From Eledone cirrhosa (lineage: Eukaryota), in NCBI GenBank assembly GCA_964016885.1, contig OZ024758.1, positions 2,976,001 through 3,040,000 on the forward strand: a stretch of DNA of 64,000 nt. The letters run 5' to 3'. Both the position numbers and the translations under genes were made by a program. Below are positions 28,790-42,735 of the stretch, piece by piece (within the stretch, counting starts at the first letter, position 1; each line of letters starts with the position of its first letter). The notes below the pieces were generated by a model. That model ran no database searches. It worked only from the letters and a program-made list of their open reading frames with translations, and was not told where the DNA came from.

Positions 28790-29052
28790 TTAATCCAGAA
28801 GGCTCATTAGGCTGTTGCTTATCATGGTTTCATGGCATGAAGCGACTGACAGCACAACAACCGTCCCTGGATAGGACGTCAGTCCATCGCAGTGTTAAAC
28901 ACCGATCTAGTGTTGCTTCTTATTTTCAGCTGAGTATACCAGAACAACGGGAAATGAAGTGTTTTGCTCAAGAATACAACACACCGCCAAACCCAAGCAT
29001 TGAACCCACGACATTATGATCGTAAGCCCAACACCCTTACCACTAGGCCACG
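28790..29052 (-). mobile_element. tRNA-derived SINE family B (V-domain-like core)
   Basis: Minus strand CGTGGCCTAGTGGTAAGGGTG..GTGGGTTCAATGC..GTATTCTTGAGCAAAACACTTCATTTC: A box, B box and core. Confidence 0.75.
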
Positions 29053-29357
29053 TAATTTGGGATGTTTGAAAATAATTTAATAAATTTATGTTAACAAATT
29101 ATCATTGTCAATAATGAATATAAAGAAACAAATATGAATCATGAATATGAAGTTGGAAAGTTAAATATTATTTTATACGTACTTCACTTGCAGCATTGAG
29201 GACATATATTCACAATTTAAATACACTTAATTGGAAATTTAACATTTGTAGCTGATGGCTACAAGTATTACCTTAATTAAGGTAATCAAGGCGATTAAAA
29301 CCATGAAATAATACGGACACAATTAAACCTATATTGCTATCACATACAAATTATAAC

Positions 29358-29475
29358 CAGCAGGGGCCGCCAACGCGTGGGAACACATTTGCTCATAATA
29401 ATGAGAGATGGGGAGGGCGAGAGAGATGGAAGCGATGACAGGGGGAGATCGGCTCCTCTGAATTCGAACCTGGTG
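29358..29475 (+). mobile_element. ~120-bp MITE-like dispersed repeat
   Basis: Shares gagagatggggagggcgagagagatgg..gatgacag with 36915-37038. Ends CAGCAGGGGCCG and CGAACCTGGTG form an imperfect TIR. Confidence 0.6.
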
Positions 29476-29734
29476 TACGTGTGCGTGCGTGCGTGTGTGC
29501 GTGTGCCTGTGCGCGCGTGTGTGTTTGCGTTTATTCATTCGCTAGAAAACGTGCTATATATATATATCAGTAACGTTATATAACATTTTGTTAAATCTGA
29601 TGCTTGAATATTGCAATTCTCTGCCTTCCATTTTACATTATGTGTTTGAAGCTTATTATACTCCTTGAAAACTTTCATATAATTTATTATAAAATATAAT
29701 ACAATATTGTTAAGAAGGTCAAAGAAGAACTAAT

Positions 29735-30063
29735 ATCTTTATATATATAAAAGCGAGGATGTGTGTGTGTGTCTGTGTACACCTTTTACAATTACCAACA
29801 GAATTTGACCAAATTTTATGTGCACGTTGCACAGGTCGCTAAGATTGTCACATCACAAACATCTTTCAAATCGACCCACGTTGAGTAATAACAAATCGAT
29901 ATCAAAATTATCAGTAGCAAAATTGATGTGAGGGAGATAACAAACTTTATTGACAATCCTTATGAAGAGACTGCTTATTTTGACAGGTTGGGGACAAATA
30001 ATGTTCTTTTATTTCCTAGCTGTATATTATTAGCATAATTTCAAACCCCGAGCAACGCTAGTA
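29735..30063 (+). mobile_element. Non-autonomous Helitron-like element
   Basis: 5' TCTTTATATATATAAAAGCGAGGATGTGTGTG and 3' CCCGAGCAACG..CTAGT, typical of such termini. Confidence 0.55.
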
Positions 30064-30178
30064 GTTACTAAAATATAACTAAAAGTTACATTGGAATTAT
30101 GATCACCGCCCGAGGTATAAATATCCAAGGATTAACTTAACATTTAATCTATTATTATTATTATTCTTATTATTATTT

Positions 30179-30361
30179 GTGGATTGGCAGTATCGGTAGA
30201 GGGTCGAACGCCATGCTTTGCAGCACAGTTACGTCCCTTTATGGTCTAAGTTCAAATCCCGCCGAGGTTAACTTTGCCTTTCGTCCTTACGGGGTCGATA
30301 AAATAAAGTACCAGTAATACACTGGATAATTGCTGGCCTTGTGCCAAATGTAGAAACAATT
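30179..30361 (+). mobile_element. SINE family A in a (TTA)n tract
   Basis: Full-length match to the consensus. Confidence 0.9.
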
Positions 30362-31510
30362 ATTATTATTATTTCTCTCATAGCAACAAATGCTTGGTTG
30401 CAAAATAAAAATGTATTATTCGACACTTATCTATTAACAACAGAACAAACGTTTGAAATATGTTTAATTATAGGGAACTAATTATATAGTAATTAAATAC
30501 TTATGGTAGTTCCCTAACGTGACAAAGATATATTATCTATAAGGGAGAACGCCCACCAGGAAAGAATTTACTGCTCTGCGTTTCTTAAAATTATAAAAAA
30601 TTATAAATTTAAAAATCAACATCTATTTCCTAATTATCACTTTGCAAGATCTAATGTATACTTGCAATCAATTTATACGTAATATTTAACATATTTTTTA
30701 TAAAAGGAAGAATTCAAGATTGAAAAATGTTTAATTATGAAGAATTGATTATAGAGAATAAACAGTTATTAGAGCCTCTTAAATGACAATATTTTATTAT
30801 CTATGAAATATCATAAGACATTCTTGAAAACGTAAAAAGAAATCTACATAAAGAAAATTATTTTACCCTAATTATATATACCAGAATTTAATAAAAATTG
30901 AATCTTAATTCGTTTTATAATTATTGCTCATATATATATGCTGGTATATACTTACAACTTAAAGACTTGCTGTTCTCTTTATACACCACTGCCAACTGAT
31001 TTATGTTCTAATAAGGGATTTATAAAGCTATATGTTGGATCGATAGTAAGGCGGTCAACACATAATAGCTTAACGAACAAATGGCAGACACTTGTTATAG
31101 ACATAATGCTGGAATCCGCCCTACACTAATTCTTCTTGAGAATGGCTGCAAAGGGGGTGAATGGAGGAGAAAACTTCACGGAAGAAATAAATATAGCTGT
31201 ACACCTAGATCTACCACCATCGACAGCATTTACAGGATACATTACTACCAATAAAGAACAAGAACATAAGCAAATCGCATGCTAGCTCAGATAGACGAGG
31301 TATCCATTAATATAGAGTGCGTTATAAAACCCACAAACTATTCTTTTGGCTTAATTCGAGCCGAGGGATTCCATTTTGAAATTGGAAGAGAAAGGTTTCC
31401 CACTATCAAGGATCTGACAAGTAAGAATATTGGGCATACCCTAAATAATGTTAAGTGGGTATTGAGATAGAAGCCAAGATGTAACATATGTATTTATGCA
31501 TGTATGTATG

Positions 31511-31700
31511 ACATAAAACCTGCGGCTCAGTAGTTATCGATGATGTTGATCTTTTCTTCTTTTCGGATTATAGTTACTGTCGCTCAGAGAGTCGTATTGG
31601 ACAAGTGCACAGTCTTTCATCACTTTAAAAATATTCTTCACGCACAGGGATTGCACGATTGCATATGGCCATATTCGATACCGAGGGGGCAACCATCATA
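31511..31700 (+). repeat. Dispersed repeat, unclassified (partner at 42537-42735)
   Basis: Shared aaacctgcggctcag..gatgatgttgatcttttcttcttttcgg..tactgtcgctcag. Confidence 0.8.
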
Positions 31701-31802
31701 TTATGTACATACCTGTGTGTGTGTGTGTGTCTGTGTGTGTCTGTGTGTGTCTGTGTGTGTCTGTGTGTGTCTGTGTGTCTGTGTGTGTCTGCGTGTGCGT
31801 GT

Positions 31803-31842
<40 letters not shown>

Positions 31843-33064
31843 GTGTTTGTGTGTGTTTTACAATTATGGAATGCCTTTTAAAATATGTTACTGTTAATTT
31901 CTGAGAGATAAGAGGGAATGCCCAATTCCTTATTAAGGACAACTCTAAAGAGATGTAATGACGTAAACACTTCACAGAACGGTTAGCTTTATTTCTGGTG
32001 TAAAGATAGTATATAGTTCCGCTTCTGCGCCAGACACTCTTAGATAATTTATTTTGTAATTGTTTTTTATAAATTGTAGGGATTCAACTATTCAAAATTG
32101 TCTAAGTTACAACCGACCCTTATTTCATCACTGAGCTGTGATATAAAATATGACTTACAAACAGCTGAAAATATTATAGCACTGAGAGAGAGAGAGTGAG
32201 AGAGAGAGAAAGAGAGAGAGAGCGAGCAAAAGAGGGGGAGAGAGAGAGAATTGTATATACACATATTCTTCCTACACAATATTTTTGATGTATATATATA
32301 GAGAGAAAATTGTGTATACACACATTCTTCCTACACAATATTATCGATGCATAGAACATAGAATCATACTGTGAGAGACGACGCAATTATCAGTCAGCAA
32401 TATTCCGAAAGACAAACCATTTTACATATATATGACTATCTGGTAATACAAGTGACAATAAAGCGATATTTCAGACGTCGTATTATTATATCATTTGTAG
32501 CATTAATTTAACGCTTCCTGGCAGATTCTATTTGAATTTCATGTTTCATTGGCCTGCTAGGCGTGTATACTAAATCACTGAAGAACAACAGGACGTTTGA
32601 AAAGAGTACAAATATATTATTTTTCTATGCAGCGTAAAAATATGTCTAAGCAATGATCTTAGAGATTGTTAATACCTCAATGATTTTCTATGAAAATGAA
32701 CACGAAAAGAATAACAATTTTCAGATATAAGGTGAAAAATATTGATTGTTTGTCTTTATCCTTGAGTTTGTTATTTACGTCTCGATGAACTGTATGCATA
32801 ATTTATAACGGTTTTCCAAGTTTACGTTTTAAATAATCTCGTATAGAATTTTCTACGAAACTTTGCTTTGGCGTTCAGATATTTCCATGTGGCATAAAGC
32901 AGAGAAATGAAACCTCTGTCTTTCTGATATTGCTACAATAGGTGAACATAATGTCGATAACCGGACAATTAATATGTAACAAATATACATAGCACTAAAT
33001 AAAAAAATAATGGAAAGAAAGTATTGTGATTATTTGCGATATTATTCACAGTTAAAATTAAATA

Positions 33065-33510
33065 TACGTGATACAGATTTTGCTGATGACATATCTCTCC
33101 TATGAAATGCCATTGGCCAAGCTCAAACCTTCTTCATAAAGTCGAATTATCTGTCAATAAATTTGATCTACCCATAATGAGAATTATGACTGGCAAGCGC
33201 CTCAGCGACCGTCTCTGTATCAGTGAGCTGCTCAACATTATCAGCTTAGACCAATTACATCAATTGTCAATCAAGAGTATTCACACTATACGATCATATA
33301 AAAAGATCAACTCGTGGTGTGAATAGGTTATGCCTGGAAGGAAGGTTGACTGGTAAGAGAAGCAGAGGCCGGCAGCTAAGAATGGGTTGATAATGTCAAC
33401 TTATGGACTGGACTTGATCTTTAAACTCTGCTGCTGGTGATCGAAAGAAAGATATCACACGTTAATGCGCAGTCTGCAACTGGCAGAGTTTAGCCACACA
33501 AGAGATAAAT
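33065..33510 (+). mobile_element. Decayed RTE-like LINE fragment
   Basis: acagattttgctgatgacatatctctccta encodes TDFADDISLL (RT catalytic motif). The 3' part is shared with 63200-63500. Confidence 0.65.
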
Positions 33511-34265
33511 GTTACCAACCAAGAGTAGTCATTAAACAAAGAAGTTGGAAATCTTGACTTTTGTAAATGCTAATGTCAGTGTCCTTTTTTGATGGACTGT
33601 TCAAGCAATCCAAATATAGAAGATCATCAATTCGATTTAGTATTCTTCCTTCTGTTGAACGTGTGTTGAAGCTTACACATTAGTGCACCAGCTCCTGAAA
33701 TCCTTGTACTTAAAATCAATCGCTTCCTTCCATCACTCGTGAAAATTGCCTTGAGTTATATAAACGTCTCCAGTACTTCTCAAACTTTACAATTTCATAA
33801 ATCTAATTTACTAATTTACTTTTCCTTTTTCTATTTCTATTCATATTTAATGATAATAATAATTTGCTACACAATTTTATTAAATTAAATTAGTACAATA
33901 CAGTAATCCAAAATGTGTTTTCCAATATTACTTATATTTTTATTAACATTATTAAAGATTATATAAATTAATGATATACAAACAACTTCTCATATTGTTG
34001 TATTTTAAGTGTTATGAGTTTTACAGTCGATTAACACGATTAAATATTACCTGTATATTTATAATATATATTATTGCATAGAAGTAATTTATTTAAGGAT
34101 ATCTGGTATTCTCGTATTGTTTAAGACAACTACCATTATTCCTTTTTGTAAAATAAATATTACGTATTCGTTGTAATTACCAAAGTAGTTTCAATGTATT
34201 TATTACTTTATAATTTCTAATATTACATCGCTTTATTTATTCTAATTTACTATATTTTATCGTGT

Positions 34266-34276
34266 TATATATATAA

Positions 34277-34325
<49 letters not shown>

Positions 34326-34437
34326 AGTGTGTGTGTATGTATATGTATATATATATATATAGGTAAATATATTTATATATATATATATATACATATATAT
34401 AAATATGTAAATATATGTATATATATATATATGTAAA

Positions 34438-34477
<40 letters not shown>

Positions 34478-34499
34478 AATATATGTATATATATGTAAA

Positions 34500-34581
<82 letters not shown>

Positions 34582-34613
34582 TATGTATATATATAAATAT
34601 GTAAATATATGTA

Positions 34614-34651
<38 letters not shown>

Positions 34652-34864
34652 AATATATGTAAATATATGTATATATATATATATATATATACACATGGCC
34701 TCAGGCGGATGGCTGAAACAGGTAAAAGGGTAAAAGAGTATATATATATATATATATAAATATGTACATATATGTATATATATATACATACATATATATA
34801 TATATAAATATGTACATATATATATATATATATATATATACATACATATATATATATATAAATA

Positions 34865-34895
<31 letters not shown>

Positions 34896-34912
34896 GTAAA
34901 TATATGTATATT

Positions 34913-34944
<32 letters not shown>

Positions 34945-35061
34945 AATATGTACATATATGTATATATATATATATATATATATAAATATGTACATATATG
35001 TATATATATATATAAATATACATATAAATATACATATATATATATATACATATACACACAT

Positions 35062-35092
<31 letters not shown>

Positions 35093-35107
35093 CACATATA
35101 TATATAC

Positions 35108-35144
<37 letters not shown>

Positions 35145-35168
35145 TACATATATATATATATATGTATA

Positions 35169-35200
<32 letters not shown>

Positions 35201-35226
35201 CATACATATATATATATATATGTATA

Positions 35227-35260
<34 letters not shown>

Positions 35261-35298
35261 AATATACATATATGTACATATATATATATATATATATA

Positions 35299-35351
<53 letters not shown>

Positions 35352-35385
35352 AATGTATATACATATGTATATATGTATATACATT
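34266..35385. repeat. Interrupted (TA)n containing a ~45-bp SINE 3'-end fragment at 34694-34740
   Basis: Direct inspection. Confidence 0.9.
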
Positions 35386-36914
35386 CATAGATAATATAAA
35401 CATAATTTATAATAAACTTGAACAATCAGGATAACATGAACCAGTTTCTACATATCACCTACTTAATGATTTCCCGTCAGATGACGACGTACTCGTCTTA
35501 GGTACCATTGTTTAATGCCTTTAACATGTACATAACAGTATCTATTTAACAAGGTGAAGTATGGAAATGTAGAAGCGTGTCTTTGTGTTTAATAAAATAG
35601 ATATAATCCGTCGGATACCAGGCTATATGATAGTAAAACTTATAAATATACATACATACGGATGAAATTCGTTATTGATTATACACTGTTATGACTGTTT
35701 CACAGATTGGTGGCTCAGGGTCTATGTAAATACTATAGACCAGATCCCAGACCCTTCTGCTCATCAGACCTATTAAGGAAACAAAGCCGAAATCCCCTCA
35801 CATATATATGTGAGTCCCTTGTTCAGTTGGAGTAACCACAGTAAGTAAGGTACTCATTTTTTAGCAGAGTGTATACAACAAATGTAATATAGAAATGGCT
35901 CCTACATACACATATATATACACACGCATACACATATATATACCTATTATAAAATAGATTTTAAACACTCAAATTCTCTTAAAAGATGTCATTCAGAGAA
36001 ATAATTATGGTATTAACAAATTCTATTTGGAACATTGGCAAGGATTACGATATATTATTTCATCATTATCTCCATTAACGCAATGGCGGAATCTGAAAAA
36101 AGAAAAGCTGAAATGATTACGATCGAGAATCTAGTATTTGCCTGTGTCATGGCTATTCTTATCTCAGTAATAATATATCCGATCTTACCTTTATATAGAA
36201 TAGTCATTGAATCCGCACTGCTATTAAAATCATTGTGATTACAGTATAGATTCTATATCTGACTAGTAATTTAAAACATTAGGAAATGTTAAATAAAGAG
36301 TAATAATCTTTGTTAGTGATGTTCTTTGATAAAGTATTCTAATTTAGGACATGAATAAGCAGCCATTATAACTTTTTATGTTCGTTAATTTTTCAATGCT
36401 GAAAATTCGGTTAAATATTGATGCCATGCAGAAATCCTAACTACTTTAAAAAGAAACGGTTGCAAAATTAAAACAGATATTTTTCATAGTTACATTACCA
36501 GCGTTTCGTTTCATACTCGATACATTCGTTGTTTCCTCCATGTATTAATGCATTCATGTGTCTATATATACAAGAATGAAAGTATATATGAATACAAGTT
36601 TTTATGTATGTATGTACATATGTACGTATGTATTTATCTATCTACATATCTATCTCCCCACCTAACTAACTCATTTCTATCTATCTCTCTACATACCTAC
36701 CCTACCTAACTTATCGATCTCTCAATCAGACTGTCTGCTTGCCTATATATCTATCTATCCGTTTATCTATCTATCCGTTTATCTATATCATATCATTATA
36801 TATCTATCTATTTAGATATCTATCTATATACTTACACATCAATCTATCTACCTATCTACCAATATATCTGTCTATTTATCCACCTACCTATCTATCACCT
36901 TCTCCATTATGTCC

Positions 36915-37038
36915 GCCGGGGCCGTGGGGTGGCCAGCACGTGGGATCCCATTTGTTCATAATACAGAGAGATGGGGAGGGCGAGAGAGATGGGGGTGATG
37001 ACAGTGGGAGTTCAGCTCTTCCGTGTTCGGACCTGCTG
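36915..37038 (+). mobile_element. Second copy of the MITE-like repeat
   Basis: Homologous to 29358-29475; right end CGGACCTGCTG. Confidence 0.6.
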
Positions 37039-38450
37039 TGCGTCAGTTTTCCGCAGGGAATTAGTGATTCATTCATATATATATATATATATACATACAT
37101 ATATATATATTATATTGTCCTCTATCTATCCACCTACATATCTACCTATTTATATATCTATCTTTCCCCCTACATATCTACCGATCTACGTATACATCTC
37201 TCTACCTAACTCTCTATTTCTCTAATTATCGACTTAACTATTTTCTTGGACTAATTAAATTGATTTTCTCTGTCTGCTGATATGCGCTTCAAGCAAAGTT
37301 TCTTAGTTTGTGAATGTAGGATAAATGGATTATCTTTTAATTAATCATTGTCCATCTCGGAACTTAAATATCTAACTTCTTTCTTGTCTACAAGAGCTTT
37401 ATGAAATGTAGGACTGATTAGATATGATTACTATTTGTTGAGAATGAAGTGGATTGGTTACAGAGTCCAATTACTAATTGACTGCTCATAGGTTTACAAA
37501 CAAACCTCTTGACTATGGCCGGTTTAAACTATCTTGATATATGTTGTGACTACGATTTCGTACAATTTATTGAACTAAATATAATTAGAAATTGGATTGA
37601 TATTGATAAAAGTTAATACCATGCTCTTCTTTTGATTTTATTCAGATCACTGCCACCTGCAATTTGTATACGTGTTGACAATCGAACCGATACATGATTT
37701 TGAATATGTGTACCTGATTTAAGAGTCAGTTTCATAGCACCAATAATACGTGAATGAACACAAGTTAAGCATATTAATTTAGTGTTGTTGAAATAACTAA
37801 AAGTACATCATAAACGCATGTAGGAAAGCTAGTCTGGTAATGTATTGTGGGAAAACAGATAACGTTGAAGATTCCAGATATTAATTCATATTAAGACGCA
37901 CGAAGTTTCCTGTTTACCGTTGTAAATATATTTGATTCTTATCTCACTTCATATGGTACATATTATAATACTGCATAAATGCTATAACATCGTATCGTAT
38001 TATTCCTGTGTATATTTTAACACAAAGCGTAGAATTACAATTAAACCCTTTGCTGACAACCTTTAGCAAATAGTTTGGGTGGCCTTCCACAATTCTTACC
38101 TAATGATATGTGTAAATTGTAAATCAGTAAACATCTATATATTAAGGGGAGATATTCCTCTCGTTGCTCAAATATTTATAGCCAGAGTAATACTTCCACA
38201 GGCAAATATTTATCTGCTACACGAGAAAACATTAACATGCACTTTTGTGAAAGAGCCTACATGTTCATCATCCAAAAGATTTTATTTCATTACATATGGG
38301 AAGAAGAAGTAAATATAATTTCGTATCTCTACTTCTAGGCCTTAAAGGCTGAGGGTAGCTCGTGTTCCTTATATTCGGTGAAGGTGGTGTAGGGCAGAAC
38401 AAATTAGAAACACAGAATAACAAATCAGCCACTGAGGAGATCACATAACG

Positions 38451-38512
<62 letters not shown>

Positions 38513-38662
38513 ATACCATGTTGTAAAAACTAGGTTGACCACAACCCACCAGAGTACATGGTACTTGGGGTACTAGAGTGGGTAATATGAAAAGATTTAA
38601 GACCCCACGGATCTAGCTGTCGAAACTGCCGGATCTCAGCCGTCGAGGTCCTGAATCTTTTT

Positions 38663-38699
<37 letters not shown>

Positions 38700-39159
38700 T
38701 AAAGTATAGAAATTATCGTGAGCATGAAGCCAACAGTTTTTCATAGCGTCAAAATGTAAAAATAATTAACGTCAGATGTGGGAAAATAATTCAAACTCAA
38801 TTAAAAAAAAAAAAATCAAGACACAGATTTAACCACAGATTTTGTGAAATCCAGGGAAAAATCAATAGACCGTTAATTCTGAATAAAATAAAGTTTATAT
38901 ATATATATATAATATTAATGTCATATTCTGTTATGAATTCGTGTCGTTTGTGACTTTTTTTTCTCGAATGGCCTTGATATCATATCCCGATATTACAGGA
39001 TGATGAAATTAAGGGTTTCCAGGATGCAATATAATTAAATTCATTTAGAAATTAATCTGGAATAAGCCATTAATTTCTTATTGTTTTTATTCTAAATTCC
39101 ACTAATCTCATTAATTTACCAGTAAAATATGAAGTAACAATACATTGTAAATGACATAT

Positions 39160-39347
39160 AATTATTTCTACATTTGGCACAAGGCCAGCTAATATCCCAA
39201 TGTATTACTGGTGCTTTATTTTATCGACCTCGTAAGGATGAAAGGCAATGTTAACCTCGGTAGACTTTGATCTCAGAACGTAAAGGGCCATACATTTATG
39301 CTGCAAAGCATGGCATCTGACGCTCTACCGATATTGCCAATCCACCA
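39160..39347 (-). mobile_element. SINE family A
   Basis: Full-length reverse-complement match. Confidence 0.9.
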
Positions 39348-39744
39348 TCATCGGATTGACAGTAAATTACATATAATCTTTCAGTATTTGATATTGACTA
39401 GGAGGGTTGGAATAGAATTCAATATTGTTAACTAAAGGAGGAAATACAGATCTCAGTAAGGTCTGTACGGAGGTGATACTACAGGGGCCATGTAGTAGAA
39501 ACTGTCGAATAAGGTGGCAGTGAAATTATAATAAAACAATTCTCTACAATTTATGTTAATAGAGACGAACATTGTGAGAGCCAAATGAAGATATTTCCGA
39601 ATACTTCCCCTGTGGTATCAATGTGAAATATTTTATTATGTATGTTACAGCTCACACCTACGCAGGTTCAGCTGGCCTCCTCCAAGGTATATCTCGTTGG
39701 AGGTGTCTTGGGTGATTTAATGATAGGGACCATATCATATCATT

Positions 39745-39875
39745 TCTACAGCTGAGTAAACTGGAGAAACGTGAAATAAAGTGTCTTGCTCAAGGAAACA
39801 ACATATCATCCGGTTCGAGAATTGAACTTACAACCTTTCAATTGCAATCCCAATGATCTACCCAATAAGCCATGC
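39745..39875 (-). mobile_element. SINE family B, diverged copy
   Basis: cagctgagtaaactggag..gtgaaataaagtgtcttgctcaagga..aattgaac matches 28928-29050. Confidence 0.7.
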
Positions 39876-40540
39876 CCTTTCATCAATGTAAAATTAATTT
39901 AATGAATCAATAATCCTATACGGAAATCGTTAAAAAAACATATTCATCACTTCACAGAGAAAGTCTTCCTTTGTAACCTCTTTATCAACTTCACCTCTCA
40001 TTACCATTGCAATCATTATTTACACGAACGACTTCATTTGATTTACGTTAACATTTTTACAGTAATATTCCGGGATATATAGAGTGAATAATACATGAAA
40101 TATTTCCGGTATATTTCCTGGATACTTTTTTATGCAAAGATGCAGTTCCATTCAATTAATGATTACAGATTAAAAGACATCAAATGCACAAAGAAGTGAC
40201 AAATATGCGTCGGAAACTGTGAAGATAAGATATGTTTTCCTTTTTTGTTCTGAGTACATTTAGGAGATAATTGAATTATGTTTATTGAGATGAAAGATAT
40301 AAACTGAAAATATTGCAGTAAGATATATAAAAGATATTTAAAAACTCAAATGTGAAAGGCAGTTCTCTTGATGAGATGATAACATTAAAAAAAATATATC
40401 GTACATCAGACAACATGTGTGAGACATAATTTAGGGTGAATATTAAGGAAAGAAAAAGAGGCGTTTTTAACGCCTGTGTTTAGTATCTCTCCCCCGCCTA
40501 TATTTCGTTACAATACACAGCAACTGGTACATAAATAAAT

Positions 40541-40571
<31 letters not shown>

Positions 40572-40668
40572 CACATCCATGCATAAATATATATACACAC
40601 ACAGACACATATATATACACACATACACATATGTATAAATATACACATATACATATGTATATAAATAT

Positions 40669-40707
<39 letters not shown>

Positions 40708-40712
40708 CGCCC

Positions 40713-40752
<40 letters not shown>

Positions 40753-42536
40753 GTATATATATATATATGTGTATATATATATATGTATGTATGTATAAGT
40801 AGGCATACAATAATTTCATAAAAACACAATTATACAATTATACCTAGATACATATAGTCATAAATACATACATAAATTAATATATATATACATATATACA
40901 TATATACCACTATCAATATTACTATCAACCAACATACATTACAGAAAGTTAAAAAACATTAACCGTCAGTTTGAAAAGAATTTTATAAAAATTCTAAAGC
41001 TAACCTATTTTATTTTAGAGCAGAGGAAATAAACAACTGCCATTCTTTTAAATTACGTCTGTATCACGTGAGATGATATGGAAATATGTGATGGATTGTG
41101 TTTGACTGCCAATTCAAGCTTCCATACAGCACTGTGTTTCCTCCGAATAAACACAAACTTAACCATTATTTACAAGTTAATCACGTGTTAATCACATGTT
41201 TCCAGATAAGTAAATTAAAATCGGGCATGTGCATTCTGTCATGATGTGACACAGACCTGATGACCTCTAAAATCCCAAACGGGGAGCACTATGAAGAAAA
41301 GTGCCCCAAAAGGGTAGATATGAGGTAAAAATGAGGAGGTTTTTCATAATGAAAGCTATACCCATTTTCACAAGAGAAGACACCTCTCATTCATTCAAAA
41401 GTGGTTGGGAGACCTCCCCGCCCGACGGGGAGAGTTGACAGGTCTGGCAAGGAGTAAAATCTCCCAGTGCAACATCTCTGCGCCATGGAATAAAAATGTC
41501 TATAATGAATGAAGATTCCATTGTAAATGATGTAGAAGAGAGCTTAAATCCTTCAAAACACGAATTCCTTATCGACCAAAAGCACCATTTAATATAATCA
41601 ATTGAACAACTTTAACACGAATTGTGCCTCTAATCCAGAAGATTAATAAAAAGATGATAACATCATAAAAAGAGCCTATTTCCAGAAATAAAGTACAAAT
41701 CGTTGGTGCGAAATTTCATAAATAAAGGGATTTATCCAGAATCTATCATGCCTATGGACAACAAAACTGTTATATCACCTTCAAGTGTAAAACGCACATA
41801 CTAAGCTTTGAGACTTTTCACAAAATTGTAAGAAAGAACTCAACGAGGGGCAGAAGCCAGAAAAATACATCGTACTTATGTATTTCTACAAGATATTGAT
41901 GTTCTTCCGAAAAGACTTGATATAAATATTGAAGTGATAGTAAAAATCTTAACGTTTCGGACGCTTGTCTGTCATCATAACAAAGATTGAGAAATAAAAG
42001 ATGAAATACTGCTCTTAATAACTTTTGGCAGGAGACGCACAATTAGAAGATCTTATATGACCATCGTCATATCACATATATACGCGTGTGTGTGTGTATG
42101 TGTGTGTGAGGATTATATGAGTTCTAAACTAGTAGATAGCATTATTCAACAGATTACTCAATACTTGGGCGAATAGACTGTAACTATACTAGACAGACTG
42201 GTGACCCCAGAGGGTGAGTGCTCGCTTGCCGTTTCGACAGAAAGTTCCAGAATGCTAACAAACAGACTTACACCAAACTAGTCATTTCAATAGGGCGTGG
42301 GTGGCTCTGATGATTGACGTATCGGGTTCCCACTCCTAACACATATAAACATAGATATATATGCATATGTATAAGTATATGTATATATGTATGTATGTGT
42401 ATGTATATGCGCGGGGACAGAAATAATCGGGATAGTTACCCGATTGCGCGATTAAACCAGTGTGAGTGAAGGACCCATAGCCCTTATCAGGGCATTTTCT
42501 AGCAGAAGGCAACTCAGTAAACTGGGATAACTAAAA

Positions 42537-42735
42537 CATAAACCTGCGGCTCAGCAGTTACCGATGATGTTGATCTTTTCTTCTTTTCGGGTTATAGCTA
42601 CTGTCGCTCAGTGAGTGGGATTGGCTCACTGCACAATCTTTCCTCTCTTTAAAGTGCACGATAGCATTAATTAATTTTTATTAATAATGTTATATCGTGG
42701 AATGACCATACTCGATAACGGGGTGGCAGCCATTA
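42537..42735 (+). repeat. Dispersed repeat, unclassified (partner at 31511-31700)
   Basis: Same shared blocks as 31511-31700. Confidence 0.8.

Noticed and set aside
33082-33090. CTGATGA motif
   Set aside because: Part of the FADD codons of the LINE RT fragment.
36056-36253. Minus-strand two-exon candidate (NLYCNHNDFNSSADSMTILYK / DSAIALMEIMMK*)
   Set aside because: Splice signals are plausible but the peptide is short and unrecognisable, and the first acceptor is weak.
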